64,000 nt of DNA, taken from assembly GCA_036488585.1 (NCBI GenBank), contig DASXHH010000019.1, positions 5,030 to 69,029 on the forward strand, read 5' to 3'. Below the pieces are notes generated by a model that saw nothing but the letters and a program-made list of their open reading frames with translations, did not search any database and was not told the origin of the DNA. Of the stretch, positions 27,149 to 35,865 are shown piece after piece (within the stretch, counting starts at the first letter, position 1; every line of letters starts with the position of its first letter). Both the position numbers and the translations under genes were made by a program. Source of the stretch: Candidatus Saccharimonadia bacterium. Lineage in GTDB: Bacteria; Patescibacteriota; Saccharimonadia; UBA4664.

Positions 27149-28283
27149 CGCTTGCCTCTCTTACTGTAAATTTGGAAATGTTTAATAAAATACCAGCCGC
27201 AAACAGCGAAATTACCAGACTAGTGCCGCCATACGAGATAAACGGCAGCGGAATACCGGTGAGCGGCAGCACCGCGAGCATTGCGCCTATGTTTATCATA
27301 GCCTGGAACATCAACCATAGGCTAATACCGGCCGCCGCCAACCGCGCGAACATGTCTGGCGCATTACGTGCTACCTGCAACCCGCGGTACACCAATAGAC
27401 CAAACAACACCACGATCGCGAGCGACCCAATCAGCCCAAACTCCTCGGCGATTATCGCGAAAATCGAGTCGTTGGCAGCCTCCGGTAAGTATCCGTACAC
27501 CTGAATGCTCCGCCCCAGCCCCAGTCCCAAAAAACCACCGGAACCGATCGCGATCAATGCCTGGTTTATGTGGTAACCCTGGCCGGTAAGGTCCTTGCCC
27601 GGATCCAAAAACGTGGTAAGGCGACTTAGTCGGTGCGGGAAGGCCGCCACCGCGCCCCAGCCCAGTACTGCGCTCACCCCCATGAGCCCACCAAAGTGCC
27701 GCCACCGCATGCCAGCCGCGAAGTACATGCCAATAGTAGCCAGGGCCAGCACCATCATCGTACCCATGTCGCGCTGGAACACCACAATCACGAAGCTAGC
27801 CGCGCCCACCATAATACTAAAGGGCAGCACGCCATCCCACAGCGAGCCAATATCCTTTTGATGCCGCTCAAACCAAGCCGCCAGATACAAAATCAGCGCG
27901 AGCTTTAGAATTTCCGCCGGCTGCACCGAAACTGAGCCAAAGCCAATCCATCGGGTGGCACCGTTAGAGCTATGCGACAGCCCTGGCACCAGCAGCCCCA
28001 CCAACCCTACAATCGCGAGCGCCAATAGCCTCGGCGCCCACACCCGCCACTTCGCATATGGGATCGCCGTCGCCACCACCCAGGCTACCAAACCTAGCAC
28101 CACGTACTTGATCTGGTTCACAAAATAATAATTGCGGTCAGTGTTACCCGTAAGCTTATGGCTTAATATCGGGCTAATCGAGTACATCATCACGAGGCCC
28201 ATCGCCAGCAGTACTGTAATAATCAGCGCGATCACATAATCGGGGTGATGCGCCCGCACCGACCGCCCTCCCACTGAATTCAC
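27063..28283 (-). CDS. ftsW: SEDS-family peptidoglycan glycosyltransferase FtsW
   Basis: Polytopic. ...PEAANDSIFAIIAEEFGLIGS... and other SEDS motifs. The annotated 3' end overlaps the murG start by 86 nt. Confidence 0.85.
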   Translation of the reverse strand: MNSVGGRSVRAHHPDYVIALIITVLLAMGLVMMYSISPILSHKLTGNTDRNYYFVNQIKYVVLGLVAWVVATAIPYAKWRVWAPRLLALAIVGLVGLLVPGLSHSSNGATRWIGFGSVSVQPAEILKLALILYLAAWFERHQKDIGSLWDGVLPFSIMVGAASFVIVVFQRDMGTMMVLALATIGMYFAAGMRWRHFGGLMGVSAVLGWGAVAAFPHRLSRLTTFLDPGKDLTGQGYHINQALIAIGSGGFLGLGLGRSIQVYGYLPEAANDSIFAIIAEEFGLIGSLAIVVLFGLLVYRGLQVARNAPDMFARLAAAGISLWLMFQAMINIGAMLAVLPLTGIPLPFISYGGTSLVISLFAAGILLNISKFTVREASDANSRQRRGDGRAYFAGPGNMRRVKVAR

Positions 28284-28303
28284 GCTGCACCCTCCATCAT
28301 GGT

Positions 28304-29365
28304 CTAGTGCACCTTATTACCAAGCAATGCTAGTACCAGTCCCACGGCACCCACGACCTGGCCGATCACCCACAATCGCATAGTCACCTTGGTTTCTGGC
28401 CAACCCTTCGCCTCCAGATGATGGTGCAACGGCGCCGACAGGAAAATCTTGCGATGGAAGATCCGCTTAGACAGGATCTGCAGCGCGCTCGAACCCGCCT
28501 CCACCACAAATACGGCCGCGATTATAGGCAACACGAACACAGTGTTAGTGAGCATCGCGATCACACCCAGCGTGGTTCCAAACGCAAACGCTCCCGTATC
28601 GCCCATAAAGAACCGAGCCGGGTAGATGCTAAACCAGGTATAGGTCAAAAATGCACCCACAATGGCCGCGCAAAATCCCGAGATACCGTAATTTCCCTGA
28701 AAATACGCCACCACCGCGTACACCCCAAACGCCGTCGCCAGCAAGCCACCCGCCAGTCCGTCCAAACCATCTGTAATGTTCACCGCGTTGGCCGTCGACA
28801 CCACCACCAGGATAAACAGCGGCACGTACAGCCAGCCAATGCTGAAGTCACCTACTGCCGGCACGTGGATCATGTTGTAGCCCAGCTTCAGGTAAAAATA
28901 CAGCGCCCCGATCACTGCAATCCCAAAGATCAGCGAGAACTTTATCTTGGCCCGCATGCCAGCCACGCCCAGCGCCGAGCCCGTCGCCTTCACGTTCAAG
29001 TAGTCGTCAAACAAACCCACCGCCCCGGCCGCCACCAGAATAAACAGCGGCAGGTACGTTTGGTTACGTGACAGGTTAAAGAGCAACGTAATCACCGCCA
29101 CCGCCACCACAAACACTACTCCACCCATGGTCGGAATATTCCGCTTATGCTTAGCGGCATGCAGCTTCATATATATCGGAGCCTTCTCGCCCGTCAGTGC
29201 GTTTGTGCTCGGCTGCTTCCACAGCTTATATTTAAATCCAGCCCGCGTGTACAACGGCACCAACGCCATCGACAGCACAAAAGCCCCAAACGCCATCGAC
29301 CCAATCCTTGATAGCGATGTAATTTCCTGGGCGTGGATGAAGTTGATAGTTGGGAAGAGTGCCAT
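28304..29365 (-). CDS. mraY: Phospho-N-acetylmuramoyl-pentapeptide transferase
   Basis: ...NAVNITDGLDGLA...FMGDTGAFAFGTTLG... are MraY signatures. Confidence 0.9.
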   Translation of the reverse strand: MALFPTINFIHAQEITSLSRIGSMAFGAFVLSMALVPLYTRAGFKYKLWKQPSTNALTGEKAPIYMKLHAAKHKRNIPTMGGVVFVVAVAVITLLFNLSRNQTYLPLFILVAAGAVGLFDDYLNVKATGSALGVAGMRAKIKFSLIFGIAVIGALYFYLKLGYNMIHVPAVGDFSIGWLYVPLFILVVVSTANAVNITDGLDGLAGGLLATAFGVYAVVAYFQGNYGISGFCAAIVGAFLTYTWFSIYPARFFMGDTGAFAFGTTLGVIAMLTNTVFVLPIIAAVFVVEAGSSALQILSKRIFHRKIFLSAPLHHHLEAKGWPETKVTMRLWVIGQVVGAVGLVLALLGNKVH

Positions 29366-29457
29366 AATTTGCTCGTGTTATTTTACCATATCTGAAGCCG
29401 AATTTTCAGATATGAAAGCATAGCCGGATTGAGTAAATCGGTAGAAAATAATGCCGA

Positions 29458-31227
29458 TCATAGGCTGGGTGGAATCCCGTAGTACTTAAACAGCCACTTG
29501 CAAACATCTCCAAACACCGGTACGGTCGTGTATTCGGCGAACCCACACGAGGCGCTATCGCACTGGATCGACGGCTGGTCTATCCGCACCATCACCACGA
29601 ACTTGGGATTGTCAGCCGGCGCATACCCAATAAACGAGCCAATATTGGCGTTCGGCAAATAGCCGGTGCCGTCGGGCTTCGGGATCTCGGCCGTTCCGGT
29701 CTTACCGGCAATCTTGTAACCCGGGTTCATGTTACCGGCTATAAATCCGGAGCCGTGCTGCACCACCACCTGCAACATCTGATTCAGGTTGCTAATAGCC
29801 TGGGGCGACATAATGTGATCGCTTAGCAGCTTCGGCTTCACCGACTGAGTGCTACCATCGGCGGCCATCACCGCGTCCACCAGGTGCGGCTGATACAACT
29901 TGCCGCCGTTGGCAATGGCCGCCATAGCCTCAGCCATCTGCGCCATCGTCACGCTTATGCCCTGACCAAACGTCATGTTCGCATAGGTGACGTCGTTGGT
30001 GCTTGGCTGAGGCACGAACCCAGCCGCCTCATTGGCCTGCTCAATGCCAGTTCGCACCCCAAACCCAAAGTGCTTGGTGAAATAGTCAAACAGTGTCTTC
30101 TTGCCAGCCAGCGTAATCTTGGACGTGTTGTCGCCCAACATCCTCAGCACAAACATCACGCCGGTGTTTAGGGAGTCGCGCAACACCACCGTCATAGTTT
30201 TATTGTTGCCGGCTTTGTCGCCCGCAGCATCGCACACCTTAGTACCCTCGATGTCATCACATAGATGATCATCGTAGGTAGTATCGGGCGTTACCTTGCC
30301 CTGGTCCAAACCGGCCGCCATCGTAAATACCTTCATGCCCGATCCCGGTTCAAACTGGCTCGACGTCACCCGATTCATAAACACGCTGTAGTCCGTCACA
30401 TCGCTATAGCGATTCGGATCATACGACGGATAGTTAGCCATGGCCTTCACCGCCCCATTCGACGGGTCGAGAATGATAATGCTGCCAGACTTCGCCTTCA
30501 CCTTTTGCACCTGCGCCGCCAGCTCTTGCTCGGCCATCGCCTGGATATTGCGATCAAGCGTCAGCACATAGCTGGTGCCATCCACCGGCTGCTTGTCCAC
30601 GTTATCGGCCGTCGCGATCGGAATGCCGTGCGTGTCGGTCTTAGCTGCCAGCTGCCCCGGCGTTCCGGCCAGTTGATTGTCCAAATAGCCCTCAATTCCG
30701 TACTGCCCCACCCCATCGGCGTTCACAAACCCAATCGCCTGAGCCGCCAGCGATCCTTCTGGATAGGTGCGGTAATCGCGGTCCACCAGGCCAATGCCCG
30801 GCAATTTCAGCGCTGACACCTTGGCTGCCACGGCCTTCGGCAGCCGATCAGCCAACACGGCGTATTCAATGCCGTGATTCAGCCGATTCTCATAGTCAGC
30901 CGCCGAACCACCCGTTACGGCTGCCAACTTTTGGGCCACTTCGTGCTTGTCGCCCACATAGCGAGGATCGGCATACATGAGCTCGAGCGTTTCGTTGAGA
31001 GCGATGGATGATGTACCGTCTCCATCATGCACATATAGCTCACCGCGCCTGGCCGGAATCGAATACTTCCGGGTATGCTCACTCGAGGCCTGGGCAGAGT
31101 AGCGGCCGTGCTGGATTACCTGCAAATCCACCATCCGCACTAACAATACCGCACCGCAAAAAACCAGTACTCCCGTAAAGTACCCTAGCCTCCTGCGCTG
31201 CTCTATTGTGTCGCTCGCCCTCGCCAT
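29458..31227 (-). CDS. ftsI: Penicillin-binding protein (FtsI-type class B transpeptidase)
   Basis: N-terminal TM helix, dimerisation domain and transpeptidase motifs (SxxK, SxN, KTGT region ...KTGTAEIP...). Position is between ftsL and mraY. Confidence 0.85.
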   Translation of the reverse strand: MARASDTIEQRRRLGYFTGVLVFCGAVLLVRMVDLQVIQHGRYSAQASSEHTRKYSIPARRGELYVHDGDGTSSIALNETLELMYADPRYVGDKHEVAQKLAAVTGGSAADYENRLNHGIEYAVLADRLPKAVAAKVSALKLPGIGLVDRDYRTYPEGSLAAQAIGFVNADGVGQYGIEGYLDNQLAGTPGQLAAKTDTHGIPIATADNVDKQPVDGTSYVLTLDRNIQAMAEQELAAQVQKVKAKSGSIIILDPSNGAVKAMANYPSYDPNRYSDVTDYSVFMNRVTSSQFEPGSGMKVFTMAAGLDQGKVTPDTTYDDHLCDDIEGTKVCDAAGDKAGNNKTMTVVLRDSLNTGVMFVLRMLGDNTSKITLAGKKTLFDYFTKHFGFGVRTGIEQANEAAGFVPQPSTNDVTYANMTFGQGISVTMAQMAEAMAAIANGGKLYQPHLVDAVMAADGSTQSVKPKLLSDHIMSPQAISNLNQMLQVVVQHGSGFIAGNMNPGYKIAGKTGTAEIPKPDGTGYLPNANIGSFIGYAPADNPKFVVMVRIDQPSIQCDSASCGFAEYTTVPVFGDVCKWLFKYYGIPPSL

Positions 31228-31266
31228 AATGCCCTCATCCTATCTTATCTGAAGCGTTGGCGCGAT

Positions 31267-31587
31267 TTACTTGGCGTACGAAACTTGAGTTGTCGGCACC
31301 ATCCCAGCCGTGTCAGCCGAGCCCTTAATCGAGCTAATCGCCTGCAACCGTCCGGCCTCCACTGCCATATCCCGCTTATCCGCCAGTACCTGGTCACGCT
31401 GAGTGGTAAGGTCGGTAATTTTATACGTAAATGCCCCAGTCTTCGTGATCTGGTTCAAATACAACAGCGCTAGTACGCTAATAAGTGCAATCACTACAAA
31501 CGTAGCGGATGTCGGCCCCAACTGAAGTTTTGTGGGCTGACGATAAAGATTTTGATTACGGCGCGCCGTAATTACAGCGGTGGACAT
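31267..31587 (-). CDS. ftsL: FtsL-like cell division protein
   Basis: 106 aa. Single TM helix then a coiled-coil. Position is between rsmH and ftsI. Confidence 0.6.
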   Translation of the reverse strand: MSTAVITARRNQNLYRQPTKLQLGPTSATFVVIALISVLALLYLNQITKTGAFTYKITDLTTQRDQVLADKRDMAVEAGRLQAISSIKGSADTAGMVPTTQVSYAK

Positions 31588-31685
31588 AGCGCGAGTTCCT
31601 AACTTTTGTTTTTATGTTTTGTCGTTTTTGAGTTTTTGGTTGGTGATTTTAACCCTTCACCTGGGGTACGGACCAACCGGAATCT

Positions 31686-31714
31686 GGGGCCGGGCCATAA
31701 AAAAGCCCGGCCCC
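31686..31714 (-). other. Very stable hairpin ggggccgggc-N9-gcccggcccc in the rsmH-ftsL spacer
   Basis: Perfect 10 bp G/C stem. Immediately follows the micro-ORF on the minus strand. Not followed by a U-tract. Confidence 0.5.
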
Positions 31715-31727
31715 ATTCGAGACCCGG

Positions 31728-31790
31728 TTATTTCTTAACGCGAACCTTAACGGTCACGCGGCGCGAGCGCCCTTCGACTTTGATGGACAT
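31728..31790 (-). CDS. Micro-ORF encoding a 20-aa basic peptide (MSIKVEGRSRRVTVKVRVKK) with consensus SD
   Basis: AAAGGAGGG sits 5 nt upstream of the ATG (RC of 31791-31805). Stop is TAA. Lies 6 nt after the rsmH stop. Not in the 60-aa ORF track. Confidence 0.35.
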   Translation of the reverse strand: MSIKVEGRSRRVTVKVRVKK

Positions 31791-32720
31791 TTAGTCCCTC
31801 CTTTTGTTTTTGTTTATTTTTTCGGCGGCGCGGAGCTTAGCACTCCTGGCACGCGGGTTGATAGCAATTTCGTCCGAATCAGCCGTAACCGGCTTACTTG
31901 TAATTTTAAACACACTAGCCACATGTCCGCAAGTGCAAACTGGTTGCTTCGGCGGGCATATGCAGTCACGCGATTCGGTATCAAAGAACTGTTTAACAAT
32001 GCGGTCTTCCAGCGAATGGAAGCTAATCACGGCTAATCGCCCACCTGGCGCTAAAATTTTTGTTAGCACCGGCAGCGCGTCCGCCAGTTGGGTCAGCTCC
32101 GAGTTGACCTCAACCCGTATGGCCTGGAAAGTCCGGGTCGCAGGATCGATGTCTCCACCGCCAAGCGCTGCTTTTCGCACCACCTGGGCTAATTTGGCCG
32201 TGGTAGTAATTGGGCGCATAGCGATAATCGCTTTGGCGACCGCCCGGGCCTTCGGCTCCTCGCCATATTCCCGGATAATCCGCTCCAGCTCAGGCATACT
32301 CGACCGGTTTACAACCATTTCGGCTGTTACCGGCTGAGATTGATCCATGCGCATGTCGAGCGGCGCGTCGGCCTTAAAGCTAAAGCCTCGGTCCGCATTG
32401 TCAAATTGTGGTGACGATACTCCCAAATCCAGCAGAATCATATCCACTAGCCTGCCGTCTTCGAACAGCCGGTTGGCCGCTTCCAGATAGCTGCAGTGCA
32501 TAATCTCCGCCGCATCCCCAAACCGATCGGCTAAGGCCTGCGTAGCATGGGCGTCCCGGTCTACCAAGATGGCGCTGCCATCCGGACCGATCCGCTCCAT
32601 AATTGCCACCGCATGACCGCCGTACCCGGCTGTCCCATCCATATACGACTCACCCTTCCGGGGGTTGAGTACCCGGACCACCTGGGGCAATAGTACTGGT
32701 TGGTGTGGAGTTTTTGGCAT
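31791..32720 (-). CDS. rsmH: 16S rRNA (cytosine1402-N4)-methyltransferase
   Basis: GTAGYGGHA... MraW signature. Start taken at ATG 32720 (MPKTPHQ), 8 nt after AGGTGA. The ORF track opens at 32732. Confidence 0.9.
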   Translation of the reverse strand: MPKTPHQPVLLPQVVRVLNPRKGESYMDGTAGYGGHAVAIMERIGPDGSAILVDRDAHATQALADRFGDAAEIMHCSYLEAANRLFEDGRLVDMILLDLGVSSPQFDNADRGFSFKADAPLDMRMDQSQPVTAEMVVNRSSMPELERIIREYGEEPKARAVAKAIIAMRPITTTAKLAQVVRKAALGGGDIDPATRTFQAIRVEVNSELTQLADALPVLTKILAPGGRLAVISFHSLEDRIVKQFFDTESRDCICPPKQPVCTCGHVASVFKITSKPVTADSDEIAINPRARSAKLRAAEKINKNKRRD

Positions 32721-33004
32721 TTTCAAGGTCACCTATTCAGCAGTCAGCTTTTTGTTTGAACGTTTTGGTTTTTGTCCGCGCGAAGCGGAAATTGGAGTTT
32801 TGTGGTGGTAAGGAATCGTTGTTCGAGATTGAACAATAATTCCTTAAAAAGAGTGTGTGTTGTGAGGTGGAGTTTACGATAGAGGTTCGAGGCCATTTCG
32901 AGGACGGCGACCTATAGTACCGTTTTGCTGACTGCCAAATAGCTGCCTTTAAAATGTTTGTTTTTACTTTTGAAGGTTCTTTCTTTTTGGTAAGGAAAAC
33001 GAAA

Positions 33005-33358
33005 TTATTTCGCAGTCAGCCGCCAGTATTTGCCGGCTCGCACTGCCATCACCTCCTTTTTTATTCCTGCGTAGTCCAGGAGGTGCTGCTCGATGGTAAT
33101 CCGACCCTGCTTGGCATCCATGCCAGTAGTCGTCTTGCCCATCCGGAACTGAACGTTAAGATCGGCCGTGCGCTCATCTAGAATATCGCCTTTGAGCGCT
33201 ACTTCCATCTCTTCGTTCCAAACTTTTTCAGTGTACAGATGCAGGTAGTTTGCAAAACCCCGCGTTATGATCATCCTTCCTCCCTCGAACTCGTGACGCA
33301 ATTCCGCTGGCACTGTGAGCCGGTTCTTGTCGTCTAGTTTTCGTTCGAAGAAGTCCAA
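33005..33358 (-). CDS. mraZ: Transcriptional regulator MraZ
   Basis: Two UPF0040 half-domains (LDDKNRLTVP... and MDAKQGRITIE...). TTG start. Lies first in the dcw cluster. Confidence 0.75.
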   Translation of the reverse strand: MDFFERKLDDKNRLTVPAELRHEFEGGRMIITRGFANYLHLYTEKVWNEEMEVALKGDILDERTADLNVQFRMGKTTTGMDAKQGRITIEQHLLDYAGIKKEVMAVRAGKYWRLTAK

Positions 33359-33385
33359 TTTGTGATCCTACCGTGGTGAGTGCTA

Positions 33386-33431
33386 CCCACTGCAACCCAC
33401 TGCAACCAGTATATGACCCACTACTACCCAC
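33386..33431 (-). promoter_or_regulatory. Four phased GTGGG direct repeats (MraZ boxes) upstream of mraZ
   Basis: Plus-strand CCCAC at 33386, 33396, 33417 and 33427. On the minus strand these are GTGGG with 5 nt spacers within each pair and 10 bp phasing. Confidence 0.6.
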
Positions 33432-33440
33432 TGTCCAGTT

Positions 33441-33489
33441 TAAAGTTATCCACAAACAGAGTAAGACCCCGCATGTAGCGGGGTCTTAC
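33441..33489 (-). terminator. Rho-independent terminator of the upstream surface-protein gene
   Basis: Stem gtaagaccccgc / gcggggtcttac (33461-33489) with a 5 nt loop. Followed on the minus strand by UCUGUUUGUGG. Confidence 0.65.
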
Positions 33490-33551
33490 TGATTGGTCGC
33501 AAACCGCAACCGGCGTCAATTACACGTTACGGGCCCGCAGGCCCGCCCGTG

Positions 33552-34364
33552 TTACTGGCGATCGCGCTTGCGCAAGGCACCTAGCAGCGACTTCTTGCTG
33601 CGTAGATAGGCTCGGCCAGCGTAAGTGATGCCGGCCAAACCAGCTGCACCACCCAGGGCGGTCGCGGGACCAGTCTGAACCAGCGTCGGCGTCGTCTCGC
33701 TCAGCACTTGCGGCGTCTGTGTCGGAACCACCTCGTGCTCTTCGGGCGTAGCCGACGGCAGCGGTGTAGCGGTTTCGGTCGGGATAGGCGTTAGCGTGGG
33801 CGTAGCCGACGGAGTCGGAGACGGGGACGGCTTGCTCATCGGGGTCGCCTTCACCGCGTTACCGCAGGACTTCATCACGGCAAATTGGAACTGGCCGTTC
33901 TTCATCACCACAAACGCACTGAGCGAATTGTCCAGGAACGACACGCTAGGCTTACGAGCGAAGAAAGTTGTACCTCCCCAAGATTCCTGAGTGCTACCGG
34001 CAATGTTCTGGCGGCCTCCAGTAACTGCACCGGTCGCCACCAATTGGTTTCCTACAAACACATCACCCGACTTTGTAACCGTACCGTTCTGTGCGTCTGA
34101 ACTCATACCATTAATCGCCCCACTGGTAATACCGAACCACGCGTAAATATGCTGAATGCTAGAGGCACTGTTATGACCATCACCGTGAGCATACCGGCTT
34201 TGCAGGGTCGAAACCGTAGTTGCCCCACACCAAATCACGGCGTTAGCGTCACAATTTTGACTTTCGGCTGCTGATGCCGACATTGGCAGCATCAAACCCA
34301 TCACAATCGCGGCGGCACCTGCCAGACGGCTGATCTTTTGACTCATGTCTCTCATATTCAACAT
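33552..34364 (-). CDS. Secreted surface protein with Pro/Thr-rich linker and LPXTG-like (LVQTG) C-terminal sorting signal
   Basis: Signal peptide ...PMSASAAE. PT-rich linker. LVQTG, then a hydrophobic stretch, then RSKKS. Confidence 0.55.
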   Translation of the reverse strand: MLNMRDMSQKISRLAGAAAIVMGLMLPMSASAAESQNCDANAVIWCGATTVSTLQSRYAHGDGHNSASSIQHIYAWFGITSGAINGMSSDAQNGTVTKSGDVFVGNQLVATGAVTGGRQNIAGSTQESWGGTTFFARKPSVSFLDNSLSAFVVMKNGQFQFAVMKSCGNAVKATPMSKPSPSPTPSATPTLTPIPTETATPLPSATPEEHEVVPTQTPQVLSETTPTLVQTGPATALGGAAGLAGITYAGRAYLRSKKSLLGALRKRDRQ

Positions 34365-34562
34365 TCTCGTGCTCCCTGTGCATATTTATAATGCAAAAAT
34401 CCATCACTCAAATATGCCTTCAGTATGAGGTATTTACCCTTTGCTGCAAGCATATGCGTAAACTGCCAAGCAGGACTCTGCCGGCGATGCATGGGCGGCA
34501 TACATCAACCGACAGAGTCCTGCTCGTAAGTTACGCTAATATATCAGAAAAGTCGAAAATAG

Positions 34563-35846
34563 TCAACCCGCCAGTGGCTTCAACTCCCGCTGGTACCCTT
34601 CGGCCACCCTCTCGTCCACCGGACCCAGAAAGCTTAATCCCTGCCGACCAGCATCCACCATCTTGCGCGCCACCGCCACCACCTCATCCGGCCGCACCCC
34701 GCGCATAAGCTCCATGGTACGATCAAAGTCCCGGATTTCGCCTGCCTCATCGTACGGTTCCAGATACCAACCGAGCAGATCGCCTGGCGTCTGAGTGGAG
34801 CGCTTAATCGACCCCACCAACAAATCCTTGGCCGCATCCAGCTCGACGTCGCCCAAATCCCCTTTCCGCACCTCATCAAACCCCCGCCCTATCACCTCAA
34901 ACAGGGTGTCTGCATTTCCTGGCGTCACATAGCCTAGAAAGCCAAACGAGCTATTGCCGGGCTCTGCGTGACCAGCCCCACTCACCGCGTAGGCCAGCCC
35001 CCGCCGCCGAGCCTCACCCAAAATTCGCGAACCCATGCCCCCCACCAGCACTAGCCGAAGCAGCGTCATGGCCCGTCGCTCCGCCTCAGTCAACTCGCCA
35101 AAATACATCACTGCCCGGTAATACAGTTGCTTAATGTCGCGATGCGCCACTACCGGATGCTTCAATCCCAAGCCGATCTCCCGACTGCGATCCATTCGCT
35201 CGCCCTTCGGCATCTGCTGAAATATCCGGTCCAGCCGCCGCACCACTGCCTCTCCCCCATCGCTAAAGTTGCCGGCCACAAAAAACCGCGCATTGCCACT
35301 CGAATGCGTGCGCTCATAATGTTTCCGCACGTGATCAACCGTTATCTTGGGTAGCTGTCCGATTCGCTCATCATAATTCAGCCATAAATGTGGAAAAGCC
35401 TGCTCCGCCAGCTGCACCGAGCAAACTGTGGAGTGGTTGGTGGTATTGCGCGTTAGCTCCTCTCGCACGTTGCCGATCTCGGCCGCGAGCGGCTTTTCGG
35501 TAAACAAAGGCGCCGTCAGCTGCTCCTCCATCAAATCCAATATCCGCATCAGCTCAAAGTCCGCACATTCGTACACGTATCCGTTAATATCCACGCTGGT
35601 GTGCGCATTCACGTACGCCCCATTCTTTTGCGCCTCAATGAAAAACTCGTTCGGCCCCGGATGCTTCTGGGTAACTGTCGAAAGCAAGTGCTCCATTACG
35701 TGCGGTACCTCGTACACCTTGCGGTCGGCAAACTGGAAGCCCGAATTAAACCGCACCTGCAGGCTTACCACATCACTGCCCGGCACATTCACCAACAACC
35801 CCGATCCTCCACCCGTCACGTGATGCTCGGTCACACCATGCTTCAT
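34563..35846 (-). CDS. M16-family (insulinase/pitrilysin-like) zinc peptidase
   Basis: Inverted zinc motif HVMEH...E. Start taken at MKHGVTEH to avoid overlap with murD. The ORF track opens at 35930. Confidence 0.7.
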   Translation of the reverse strand: MKHGVTEHHVTGGGSGLLVNVPGSDVVSLQVRFNSGFQFADRKVYEVPHVMEHLLSTVTQKHPGPNEFFIEAQKNGAYVNAHTSVDINGYVYECADFELMRILDLMEEQLTAPLFTEKPLAAEIGNVREELTRNTTNHSTVCSVQLAEQAFPHLWLNYDERIGQLPKITVDHVRKHYERTHSSGNARFFVAGNFSDGGEAVVRRLDRIFQQMPKGERMDRSREIGLGLKHPVVAHRDIKQLYYRAVMYFGELTEAERRAMTLLRLVLVGGMGSRILGEARRRGLAYAVSGAGHAEPGNSSFGFLGYVTPGNADTLFEVIGRGFDEVRKGDLGDVELDAAKDLLVGSIKRSTQTPGDLLGWYLEPYDEAGEIRDFDRTMELMRGVRPDEVVAVARKMVDAGRQGLSFLGPVDERVAEGYQRELKPLAG

Positions 35847-35865
35847 ACTGTTGCCTCCGTTTAGG

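Noticed and set aside
31606-31794. 62-aa plus-strand ORF in the rsmH-ftsL spacer
   Set aside because: It is antisense to the operon, T-rich with low-complexity translation (MFLCFVVFEFLVGDF...), has no SD, and overlaps the better-supported minus-strand micro-ORF and hairpin.
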